A stretch of DNA of 11,351 bases, filler included, from an uncultured Methanosarcinales archaeon (GTDB lineage: Archaea; Nanobdellota; Nanobdellia; Woesearchaeales; CAYSVS01), in the NCBI GenBank assembly GCA_964434475.1. It is 7 parts of 7 records of this genome, joined end to end, with 100 filler letters (N's around TTAATTAATTAA, not from the genome) between each part and the next. Parts side by side here need not be neighbours in the genome. Positions count along the whole stretch, not along the records: positions 1 to 1,559 come from CAYSVS010000142.1; positions 1,660 to 3,209 come from CAYSVS010000143.1; positions 3,310 to 4,854 come from CAYSVS010000144.1; positions 4,955 to 6,495 come from CAYSVS010000145.1; 3 more parts are not named here. One strand, given 5' to 3'. The translations under genes were made by a program, and so were the position numbers. The notes beneath the pieces were generated by a model. That model had not been told where the DNA came from and searched no databases. It saw nothing but the letters and a program-made list of their open reading frames with translations. This document shows positions 1-6,595 of the stretch, one piece after another. Each line of letters starts with the position of its first letter. The first letter of the stretch is position 1.

Positions 1-74
1 CAATATTTAGAGGTTTAGCCAAGGCTAGAGTTTAAATCTGCACAACTCCAGTTATATGTTATATAAAATCAAGG

Positions 75-612
75 ATAAAAATTGCCTTTACTGTCGTTAA
101 TCAAATTATAGAGAGTTTGCCTTTTTCGCCAACGCGTAAATCAAAATGTCCCTCATTATCTATATCTTCGCTTATAGCATCAAACAACAACCTTTTTTTT
201 GCACTAAAGCAACATATTTCTGTTTTGAAAACTTGGCTTTATCTTTATTTTTAAGCAGATATTATTTAACATTGCCTTTTTAAAAATAGCCAACAACAAG
301 ATCAATATTATTATCTGTATCAAAATCAATACAGACAATAAAAACATATTTTTCATTACATAGCACTAACCTATGTATTCAGGCTCTCATCTCACCAGAA
401 CTTTCGTAAGTTTCTCCTGATAGGCTTGTGTATATTGCGCTTTCTGGGATTGTTGCAGTAGCGTCAGGATAGATTATAGCGTTTTGGAATTCTTCTTGGT
501 TGAAGTCATATCCTTCTTCGTCACCGTCGCCGTCACCTAATGCTGTATCGACATAATTAACTTTAAGAATAATTAAGAATACTAATATGTAAAATATCTT
601 CTTTTTCATCAT
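75..612 (-). pseudogene. Degraded secreted FG-GAP/VCBS-repeat protein gene; the intact remnant is the 77-aa signal-peptide ORF 379..612
   Basis: The ORF starts with a signal peptide (MMKKKIFYILVFLIILKV...TALG) after a GAGG RBS. Reading past the TGA at 379-381 in the same frame gives CIDFDTDNNIDLVVGYF*KGNVK*YLLKNKDKAKF. Shifted frames then give EDIDNEGHFDLRVGEKG (169-119) and YNLINDSKGNF (110-78). These match the FG-GAP pattern DxDxDGxxDLxVG...YxxxNxGxGxF. Confidence 0.6.
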
Positions 613-732
613 TAACCTCTTTGTATATATTATTTAAGTAATATTTTTTTTGGATTGGTACTATTATTTAGTCTAATCACATAATTCTTATTGTATTCAA
701 AATTGCGTGAACCAGTGAACAAATTATCTGAT

Positions 733-1461
733 TCACAATCTCCTTACAAAACTTAGAAAGCCAGAATGACCTAATTCTTGAAAAGTTCTTGGTCTAACTT
801 TTCTACCTTTAATCTCCCACTCACGTTGAATTAACTCAATTGTTTTGACATGATAATAATCATCATCTAATGAATGGACAAAATCCATGACTTGAGGAAT
901 TGTTGGAGAATAACTTACCAAATGTCCTCCTTGCTTCAAAGCTTTTTTCGCAGAATCTAATGCATTCCACGGCTCTGGAACATCCAATAAAACAAGATCA
1001 ACATTTTTTACTGGAATCCCTTCATAGATATCGTGCTTCTTTATTATAATATTCTTCAATCCCAAATCCTCAAAATTTTTATTAGCTATCTTTATATGGT
1101 CTTCCCTAATATCAAAACTATGAACTTCTTTTGCATGCTTTGCCAAGAATATACCTGCTGCTCCTGAACCAGAACCAGCTTCAACAACAACCATATTTTT
1201 ATTTACACCGCACTCAGTCAATATCAAACCAATATCTTTTTTTGGAATGATCTGCGGACTACGTTTAATCTTATTGAAATTATCAGAAAAATCCGCATCA
1301 ATCACAAAAACTTCTTTTTCAGTATTGGTTAAAACCTTTCCGCCTTTATCCAGATCATTAGCTTTAACAAAACCTATAGAACAGTGATAATCTTTAGTTT
1401 CATCTTTAACATAATTTAACTTACGCTTTTTCTTATCAATAATCAGTTTCTTTACCTTCAT
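733..1461 (-). CDS. trmI: tRNA (adenine57/58-N1)-methyltransferase, TrmI/GCD14 family, archaeal type
   Basis: KRSPQIIPKKDIG motif, SAM motif I VVEAGSGSGA, FDIREDH, DLVLLDVPEPW, YSPTIPQV and C-terminal VRP...GHSGFL are all typical of TrmI; 242 aa. Confidence 0.93.
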   Translation of the reverse strand: MKVKKLIIDKKKRKLNYVKDETKDYHCSIGFVKANDLDKGGKVLTNTEKEVFVIDADFSDNFNKIKRSPQIIPKKDIGLILTECGVNKNMVVVEAGSGSGAAGIFLAKHAKEVHSFDIREDHIKIANKNFEDLGLKNIIIKKHDIYEGIPVKNVDLVLLDVPEPWNALDSAKKALKQGGHLVSYSPTIPQVMDFVHSLDDDYYHVKTIELIQREWEIKGRKVRPRTFQELGHSGFLSFVRRL

Positions 1462-1481
1462 ACCTACTAAAACAAATAGTT

Positions 1482-1497
1482 TATTTAAAAAGATTTC
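1482..1497 (-). promoter_or_regulatory. Putative archaeal BRE/TATA promoter for trmI (leaderless)
   Basis: The minus strand reads GAAATCTTTTTAAATA, with the TATA-like TTTAAATA 21-28 nt upstream of the ATG and no strong RBS. Confidence 0.5.
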
Positions 1498-1559
1498 TAA
1501 ATATTCGGGTTCATCCGGAAAAGAATAAATATGTATACTGAATACTAAATTGCGAGGTG

Positions 1560-1659
1560 NNNNNNNNNNNNNNNNNNNNNNNNNNNNNNNNNNNNNNNNN
1601 NNNTTAATTAATTAANNNNNNNNNNNNNNNNNNNNNNNNNNNNNNNNNNNNNNNNNNNN
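1560..1659. other. Artificial contig linker (N44-TTAATTAATTAA-N44)
   Basis: 100-bp N-run with a central 12-mer that gives stops in all six frames; identical at all six junctions. Confidence 0.99.
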
Positions 1660-1673
1660 GTATGTGCATAGCT
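1660..1673 (+). repeat. Left terminal inverted repeat (IRL) GTATGTGCATAGCT
   Basis: Exact reverse complement of 3196-3209; starts with GTA like IS66-family ends. Confidence 0.93.
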
Positions 1674-1719
1674 AATAATTCTTGAAATCATCGCATCTAT
1701 ATTCTCCAGTACAATAATA

Positions 1720-1727
1720 TTAATATA
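1720..1727 (+). promoter_or_regulatory. Putative archaeal TATA box for the IS transcript
   Basis: TTAATATA lies about 25-32 nt upstream of ATG 1752, which fits a leaderless archaeal transcript. Confidence 0.45.
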
Positions 1728-1731
1728 CTAG

Positions 1732-1752
1732 TTTAGCTACATTGTAGCTAAA
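1732..1752. promoter_or_regulatory. Perfect 21-bp palindrome (candidate operator) TTTAGCTACA-T-TGTAGCTAAA
   Basis: 10-bp perfect arms with a 1-nt spacer, between the TATA-like box and the start codon; the last base is the A of ATG 1752. Confidence 0.65.
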
Positions 1753-1892
1753 TGATAACTAAAACAAAAATTGAATTAACAGGATATGAAATGCTGGAAA
1801 AACAGGTAAATAAAAGTGGGAATAGTGGTCGCATCTATGTTCCCATTGAATGGATTGGAAGGAGGGTAAAAATTATTCTTCTTGAAAAATGA
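1752..1892 (+). CDS. DUF2080-family transposase-associated small protein (46 aa, AbrB-like)
   Basis: Manual translation: MITKTKIELTGYEMLEKQVNKSGNSGRIYVPIEWIGRRVKIILLEK. YEMLEKxVxxxGNSGRIYVPxxWIGxRVKII is the DUF2080 signature as I recall it. Its stop overlaps the transposase start (ATGA 1889-1892). It is absent from the ORF track because it is short. Confidence 0.85.
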   Translation: MITKTKIELTGYEMLEKQVNKSGNSGRIYVPIEWIGRRVKIILLEK

Positions 1893-3196
1893 TATTAAAA
1901 GCAGATTCTTTCAAAGATAAGTATGAACATAAATCAAAAGATGAAATCCTCAATGAATTTTATGAAGAATATGTCAAACATGAAAAACTAAAAAGAAAAC
2001 TTCGACGTTATGAAAATCCTCACACACCTCCAAGTAAAGAAACGAGAAAAAGTAGAACCAATTTTATTTCTATAACTGGTTTAGGTATTGGCAAAAAAAC
2101 AGGATACAAAGGTGCAACAAGAAAATTAAAAGAACCTAATGATTTCATTAGTTGCTTTGATGATGTTTGTTCACAGTGTGGAGACCATAATCAACCTACA
2201 ACAATTAAAACTAAAGTTTATGAAGAAATTCCTGATCCTCAACCCGTTAAAACTGTTAAGGCAGAATGGGGAATTTATGATTGCAAATGCGGACATAAAT
2301 GGGAATCAAAACCAATCGAAGTGCCAGATAAAGGACTATTCGGTAAGAATCTACAATCGCAAATAACACTGCTTCGATTTGATGATAGACTTCCGTTAAG
2401 GAAGACCATTTCTGCAATAGAGAGACAATATAAAGTAACATTAACATCAAAATCAGTTTATGATATAACTAAACGAGTTGCTGACATAGCAACTCCTGCA
2501 TATGATGAAATTAAAAGAAAAATAAGACGAGCAACTTATCTGAATATTGATGAGACAAAAATCAAAATACAAGGAAAAACACATTGGCTTTGGATTTTTC
2601 GTTCACAGAAAAATATTTTTTTTGTGATTCACAAAAAAAGAAATCGAACTGTTTTAGATGAAATTCTCGGATATAAATACAATGGCATCATTATATGTGA
2701 TGGAATGTCCGCATATAAAGAATATACTCAGTTTTTGCAAAGATGTTGGGCTCATATTTTAAGAGAAACAAAGGAAATGGCGGAAAAACACGATGACGCT
2801 AAACCACTTCATCAGTGGATGAAAGATTTGTTTGAAGTCGTTAAATCTGCAAGCATTAAAAATCCTCTTCAAAAACGACAAAAAATGTACGATAAATGCA
2901 TTAAAGAAATGAGTTGGTTAATTGAGAAATTTTCATCATACACACATTTGAGCACAGTCATAACCACAATTAAAAATGGGCTTAATTTTTGGTTCACTAG
3001 GATAATTCATCCTCAAATTAAACCAACAAACAATGACGGAGAAAGATCATTAAGAGAGATGGTTGTTATTAAACATATTATAGGTACGCTCAGAAATCAG
3101 GATGGAGCTGATGTGTTAGCAAAGATGATGACTTTAATCTCCACATGGAGATTAAATGGACAAAACCCATTTTATTCTTTAAAAGCTCTAATCTAA
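1889..3196 (+). CDS. IS66-family DDE transposase (TnpC-like)
   Basis: N-terminal coiled coil with NPHTPPSK, Zn finger CSQC...CKCG, catalytic residues in NIDET, ICDGMSAY and TNNDGERSLR, and the QRCWAHILR motif. The stop codon overlaps the IRR. Confidence 0.95.
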   Translation: MILKADSFKDKYEHKSKDEILNEFYEEYVKHEKLKRKLRRYENPHTPPSKETRKSRTNFISITGLGIGKKTGYKGATRKLKEPNDFISCFDDVCSQCGDHNQPTTIKTKVYEEIPDPQPVKTVKAEWGIYDCKCGHKWESKPIEVPDKGLFGKNLQSQITLLRFDDRLPLRKTISAIERQYKVTLTSKSVYDITKRVADIATPAYDEIKRKIRRATYLNIDETKIKIQGKTHWLWIFRSQKNIFFVIHKKRNRTVLDEILGYKYNGIIICDGMSAYKEYTQFLQRCWAHILRETKEMAEKHDDAKPLHQWMKDLFEVVKSASIKNPLQKRQKMYDKCIKEMSWLIEKFSSYTHLSTVITTIKNGLNFWFTRIIHPQIKPTNNDGERSLREMVVIKHIIGTLRNQDGADVLAKMMTLISTWRLNGQNPFYSLKALI

Positions 3197-3209
3197 GCTA
3201 TGCACATAC
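3196..3209 (-). repeat. Right terminal inverted repeat (IRR)
   Basis: AGCTATGCACATAC is the reverse complement of the IRL. Confidence 0.93.
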
Positions 3210-3309
3210 NNNNNNNNNNNNNNNNNNNNNNNNNNNNNNNNNNNNNNNNNNNNTTAATTAATTAANNNNNNNNNNNNNNNNNNNNNNNNNNNNNNNNNNN
3301 NNNNNNNNN
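3210..3309. other. Artificial contig linker
   Basis: Same 100-bp N/TTAATTAATTAA spacer. Confidence 0.99.
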
Positions 3310-4280
3310 TGACTGGAATCGGCTTTCATCAGAAATTTGTAAAAATCCACTTCCTTGCTTTCGCCGTTTCTCAGGAGTTTTATATTTCTCAGCGAACCAT
3401 AGTCACTAGGGCCTCCGCATAAATACAGGGCATTGAATATGGTTGTAACATTGCTGACAGCATATCCTCCGGGTCTGAAAGCCTCGCCAGCGATGGAAAT
3501 CTGTATACTTCGCAAACTCCCCAATTGGGTTATAACTGTGACGTTTTTGTAAAATTGAGCCAGAATGTCCTTTAGGGACTGTTGGAATTGAGCCAGGGTC
3601 ATACCTCGGGCTACCAGATTTCCAAATTTCGGTATAATGACTTCACCTGTGGGGGTGACGGTCAACTCCATAGTTTGTATCTCAATAACATCGCTCCAGT
3701 AAGACACCATCACCTTGTCGCCGGGGCTTAAAACATATTTGGAGGGGATAGTGGCCGTCACGTTGGCGTTGATCATATCAACGGGACCCACAAAACCGGA
3801 AATTGCGTCCTTAACGTCTGTAGACATAAAACCATCGGTCTGCCTTGCTGGTAAATCCCCTTCTTCGGTTGCTGCTCTTCTTCTCGTATCCCGGGCAGCT
3901 TCCATATTTAATATTCTGTTTCTTGCTGCCTCGAAATATTCGTAACCAAAGCGTTTTAAATCTACATTCTGGGAAAAGCTGGTAATCTCCCCGACTTTCC
4001 TTTCCGCTTCCTCAGTAACAGAAACCCCCTCATCCGCCGCATCAGCAGGCATCTGCTGAACTTCAGTCTGTTGTTGTGAGGTATCTGCCTGAGTTTGCTG
4101 TGAATCAGCCGCCGTATCGCTGGTCGTCGGGGCTTCTGAAGGAGCATCGGCATTTCCTGAAGCTTCGCCAGCAGACGCTGCACCTTCACCGTTGTTCTGA
4201 GCTAAAGTATTATATGATATAGAATTCAGAATAATTAAAATAAAAAGCAGAAATATGAATAGATTCTTATTTCTTGACAT
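3310..4280 (-). CDS. Polysaccharide export protein, Wza/KpsD-like (Poly_export + SLBB domains), 3' truncated
   Basis: Signal peptide, low-complexity A/S/Q/T linker, LKRFGYEYF, PSKYVLSPGD...GEVIIPKFG...GMTL (Poly_export), IAGEAFRPGGY...ALYLCGGPSDYGSLRNIKLLRNG (SLBB); AGGGAG RBS; runs off the contig end. Confidence 0.88.
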
Positions 4281-4516
4281 TAATGTATAACTCCCTATTG
4301 CTCTTACATCAGGAAAGGGTATGAATAAACACGATGCGGTTAGGTAAATTCGGATTGCCGTTTACTGCTAAGTGGTTCAATCGGTAATCAGTATATATCA
4401 TGCACAGGGAAGCACTGCATACGTCCAATATCAGGATAATGCACTTCCAAAAGCATAAAGTGGGTTGGATTGAGTTTTCAGAATGCAATCTGCTAAAGCT
4501 CAATAGAACCAATCTC

Positions 4517-4616
4517 ATGTCATTCTGAGCTTTTTCTTTTTTGCTCAAGCTTTTTCTAAAAGCTTGAAAGCAAAGGCTCTCATCTCCTCCTTTTCCAAGG
4601 GGGATTCAGACGACAT
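4517..4616 (-). ncRNA. Candidate structured RNA or 5' leader element (three-way junction)
   Basis: An outer stem AUGUCG-UCUGA / UCAGA-A-UGACAU encloses a hairpin UCCCCCUU-GGAA-AAGGAGGA and a perfect 10-bp hairpin UCAAGCUUUU-AGA-AAAAGCUUGA. It starts about 3 nt after the predicted TSS. I recognise no known family. Confidence 0.3.
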
Positions 4617-4625
4617 TAACAATTT

Positions 4626-4654
4626 ATTATATTACATCAATGAAATGAAATCAA
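4626..4654 (-). promoter_or_regulatory. Sigma70-type promoter TTGATT-N17-TATAAT, pointing toward the export gene
   Basis: Perfect -10 (4626-4631), 4/6 -35 (4649-4654), exact 17-nt spacer, just downstream of the rpoD stop. Confidence 0.7.
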
Positions 4655-4670
4655 GGGCAATTTTTCAGCG

Positions 4671-4853
4671 CTATAAATCCTTTTGCTCCGCGAAACCCTT
4701 TAGCTTTCGGCTTCTAACGGGATGTCGCAGTTTCTTTAGGGCTTTTGCTTCAATTTGCCGAACCCTCTCCCGTGTTACGTTAAATACGCTTCCCACTTCT
4801 TCCAGAGTGCGCTGATAACCATCATTAAGCCCGAAACGCAAGGATATTATCTC
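4671..4853 (-). CDS. rpoD: RNA polymerase primary sigma factor RpoD/SigA, C-terminal region 4 (5' truncated)
   Basis: Manual translation [60 protein letters not shown] is the canonical sigma70 region 4.2 HTH. Confidence 0.93.
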   Translation of the reverse strand, partial: EIISLRFGLNDGYQRTLEEVGSVFNVTRERVRQIEAKALKKLRHPVRSRKLKGFAEQKDL

Positions 4854-4854
4854 C

Positions 4855-4954
4855 NNNNNNNNNNNNNNNNNNNNNNNNNNNNNNNNNNNNNNNNNNNNTT
4901 AATTAATTAANNNNNNNNNNNNNNNNNNNNNNNNNNNNNNNNNNNNNNNNNNNN
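4855..4954. other. Artificial contig linker
   Basis: Same 100-bp N/TTAATTAATTAA spacer. Confidence 0.99.
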
Positions 4955-4956
4955 TG

Positions 4957-5120
4957 ACGCAGGAGGAAGAGAGCCGCTACGAGGACGCGGATGCGCTCCG
5001 CAAGGCCCTTGCCAATCTCAGAGGCCGAAAGTTCCGCCTCGACTGCGGACATTATGCGGAGACATCACAATCTACAACGGCAGGGAGATCGTCATCATCT
5101 GCTCTCAGTGCGGGTACTGA
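4957..5120 (+). pseudogene. Small Cys/His (putative Zn-binding) hypothetical gene, 5' truncated, frameshifted near 5055-5061
   Basis: One frame gives TQEEESRYEDADALRKALANLRGRKFRLDCGHY. A different frame continues DITIYNGREIVIICSQCGY* (stop 5118-5120). CGH and CSQC together form a plausible metal site split by the frameshift. Confidence 0.55.
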
Positions 5121-5149
5121 CGGACGCCATGAGAAAGGAGGTGAAAGCG

Positions 5150-5350
5150 ATGAACGACGATTTTTTCGATGACTTCGGTTGGGACGAGGCCTTCATCATC
5201 GGAGGCGCAATGGGTTGGGCCGAAGAGGACTGTGAAGAGGCCCAGGAGCAACACAGGCTTCAAGAGGAGCACGAACGGGAGATGGAGCGGTTCTCGGAGT
5301 GCTTCGACTGCGAACCCCGGGACATCTTTGACGACGACCTGGACCGCTGA
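5150..5350 (+). CDS. Small highly acidic hypothetical protein (66 aa)
   Basis: Strong RBS AAAGGAGGTGA just before ATG 5150, so the track start at 4991 is overextended. MNDDFFDDFGWDEAFIIGGAMGWAEEDCEE...DIFDDDLDR has 25 D/E, 5 R and no K. Confidence 0.75.
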   Translation: MNDDFFDDFGWDEAFIIGGAMGWAEEDCEEAQEQHRLQEEHEREMERFSECFDCEPRDIFDDDLDR

Positions 5351-5367
5351 TCGTTCAACACGACTTT

Positions 5368-5424
5368 GAGAGCCCTTCCTGCCAAGAGCTGAAAAGCGTT
5401 GGTGGAAAGGGCTTTTCACTTTTC
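5368..5424 (+). terminator. Long intergenic hairpin with GAAA tetraloop and U-rich tail (terminator or regulatory stem)
   Basis: GAGAGCCCTTCC-TGCCAA-GAGCT-GAAA-AGC-GTTGGT-GGAAAGGGCTTTTC followed by ACTTTTC. Confidence 0.5.
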
Positions 5425-5446
5425 AAAAGGGAAAGGAGACTGAACC

Positions 5447-6385
5447 ATGAGAGGAAGAGACCGATTCGAGAACGCCATCGACAAGGTGAATACCACGAGC
5501 GCCGACTGCTGCGACGAGACCTTGCCGGTCATGGACATGGAGTTCGACAGCCTGGAACGGATGTGGATTTCCGGGAAGGAAGTGGAAGTGCTTCCCAGCG
5601 CACAGCGGTTGATGGTCAATCGTCTTCGGGTTCCCTATTCCTATCTCTCCCGGTGCCCTGCGGAGCTCCAGGCCCAGAACCGCAACTACTGGCTTCGGCA
5701 GGAAAGGGAGAAGCGAGACACGTTTTTCTGCCGGTTGAACGGAGACAAGCTCCGGGCGGTCTTTACTGACAGGTACAAGGCCATCGACCACATGGAGATC
5801 CTCTCGCGAATGGTGGAGTATGGCTTCAATGCCGACACGGAGGTTCATTACTCGCTCGATGAAAACCTGCTTGTCGTGAAGGTTCCCGACTTCGCCAGGA
5901 TGTTCGGTTTGGCGGGGAATGACCGCATCGTTCCGGGCACGAGCTTCTCCAACAGCGAGGTCGGCGTGCTGGCCTTTTCCATCGAGGCTTACTTCTACCG
6001 CCTGGTCTGCTCGAACGGACTCATCTCGAAAACGTCCGTGGCGTCCAAGTTCAAACACATCAGCCGGCGTGCGCTCGAAGATTTCCCTGATGTACTGCGA
6101 AAGGTGGTGTGGGAGTCGGAGAGGAGCCAGGGCAGGTTCGAGCTCTCCACGCGCTCCCCGGTCGATGATCCTTTGGCAAGCATCGGGTCTTTCTACAAGC
6201 AGTTCCAGCTTACCCAGGGGGAGGCCCAGGCCGTAGAGCGCGCTTGGGCGGTGGAGCCTGGCAGTACGCTCTTCAGCGTCATCAATGCTTACACGCGCGG
6301 GGCGCAGGACCGGGAGCTGGATACGGAGGGGGCCTACAAACTGGAGCGGGTCGGAGGGTTCATCCTTTCCATGGTCCGGCAATAG
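5447..6385 (+). CDS. DUF932-domain protein (mobile-element associated)
   Basis: LRAVFTDRYKAIDH, FSNSEVG, FYRLVCSNGLI and C-terminal TLFSVINAYTR motifs fit the DUF932/DUF945 family; RBS AAAGGAG; 312 aa. Confidence 0.85.
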   Translation: MRGRDRFENAIDKVNTTSADCCDETLPVMDMEFDSLERMWISGKEVEVLPSAQRLMVNRLRVPYSYLSRCPAELQAQNRNYWLRQEREKRDTFFCRLNGDKLRAVFTDRYKAIDHMEILSRMVEYGFNADTEVHYSLDENLLVVKVPDFARMFGLAGNDRIVPGTSFSNSEVGVLAFSIEAYFYRLVCSNGLISKTSVASKFKHISRRALEDFPDVLRKVVWESERSQGRFELSTRSPVDDPLASIGSFYKQFQLTQGEAQAVERAWAVEPGSTLFSVINAYTRGAQDRELDTEGAYKLERVGGFILSMVRQ

Positions 6386-6398
6386 GGGCATTACAAGG

Positions 6399-6432
6399 GG
6401 CTCACGGCTTTCGAGACCGTGGGCCTTTTTTT
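6399..6432 (+). terminator. Rho-independent terminator
   Basis: GGCTCACGG-CTTTCGAGA-CCGTGGGCC stem-loop followed by T7, 14 nt after the DUF932 stop. Confidence 0.75.
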
Positions 6433-6495
6433 CCAAATCTCCAGGATCAGCAAAGTGCCTTCGGAGAGCAATCGGACACCCTTTCCTATAACCGT

Positions 6496-6595
6496 NNNNN
6501 NNNNNNNNNNNNNNNNNNNNNNNNNNNNNNNNNNNNNNNTTAATTAATTAANNNNNNNNNNNNNNNNNNNNNNNNNNNNNNNNNNNNNNNNNNNN
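6496..6595. other. Artificial contig linker
   Basis: Same 100-bp N/TTAATTAATTAA spacer. Confidence 0.99.

Larger units (their letters stand above)
1660..3209 (+). mobile_element. Complete IS66-family insertion sequence (ISBst12-like, no tnpA/tnpB), 1550 bp
   Basis: The contig begins and ends with a perfect 14-bp inverted repeat, GTATGTGCATAGCT, and encloses an intact IS66-type DDE transposase. Size and single large ORF fit the ISBst12 group. Confidence 0.92.

Noticed and set aside
262..381. Possible stop-codon recoding in contig 1
   Set aside because: The interruptions include TGA, TAA and frameshifts, and trmI on the same contig ends normally at TGA. Pseudogenisation explains it better.
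1604..1615. TTAATTAATTAA recurring about every 1.6 kb, resembling a regularly spaced repeat
   Set aside because: Always centred in an identical 100-bp N spacer; it is a synthetic six-frame stop linker.
733..4280. Apparent neighbourhood of trmI, the IS and the export gene as one system
   Set aside because: They are on separate contigs joined only by length sorting.
4564..4815. 83-aa plus-strand ORF (and the 79-aa minus ORF 4309..4548)
   Set aside because: The first is antisense to rpoD region 4. The second has a TTG start inside a hairpin, no RBS and no recognisable motif.
4991..5149. N-terminal extension of the 119-aa track ORF 4991..5350
   Set aside because: It overlaps the upstream Cys/His gene in another frame, and the strong RBS marks ATG 5150 as the start.
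5423..6436. 337-aa minus-strand ORF overlapping DUF932
   Set aside because: Antisense shadow ORF in GC-rich DNA. The plus-strand gene has the RBS, family motifs and terminator.
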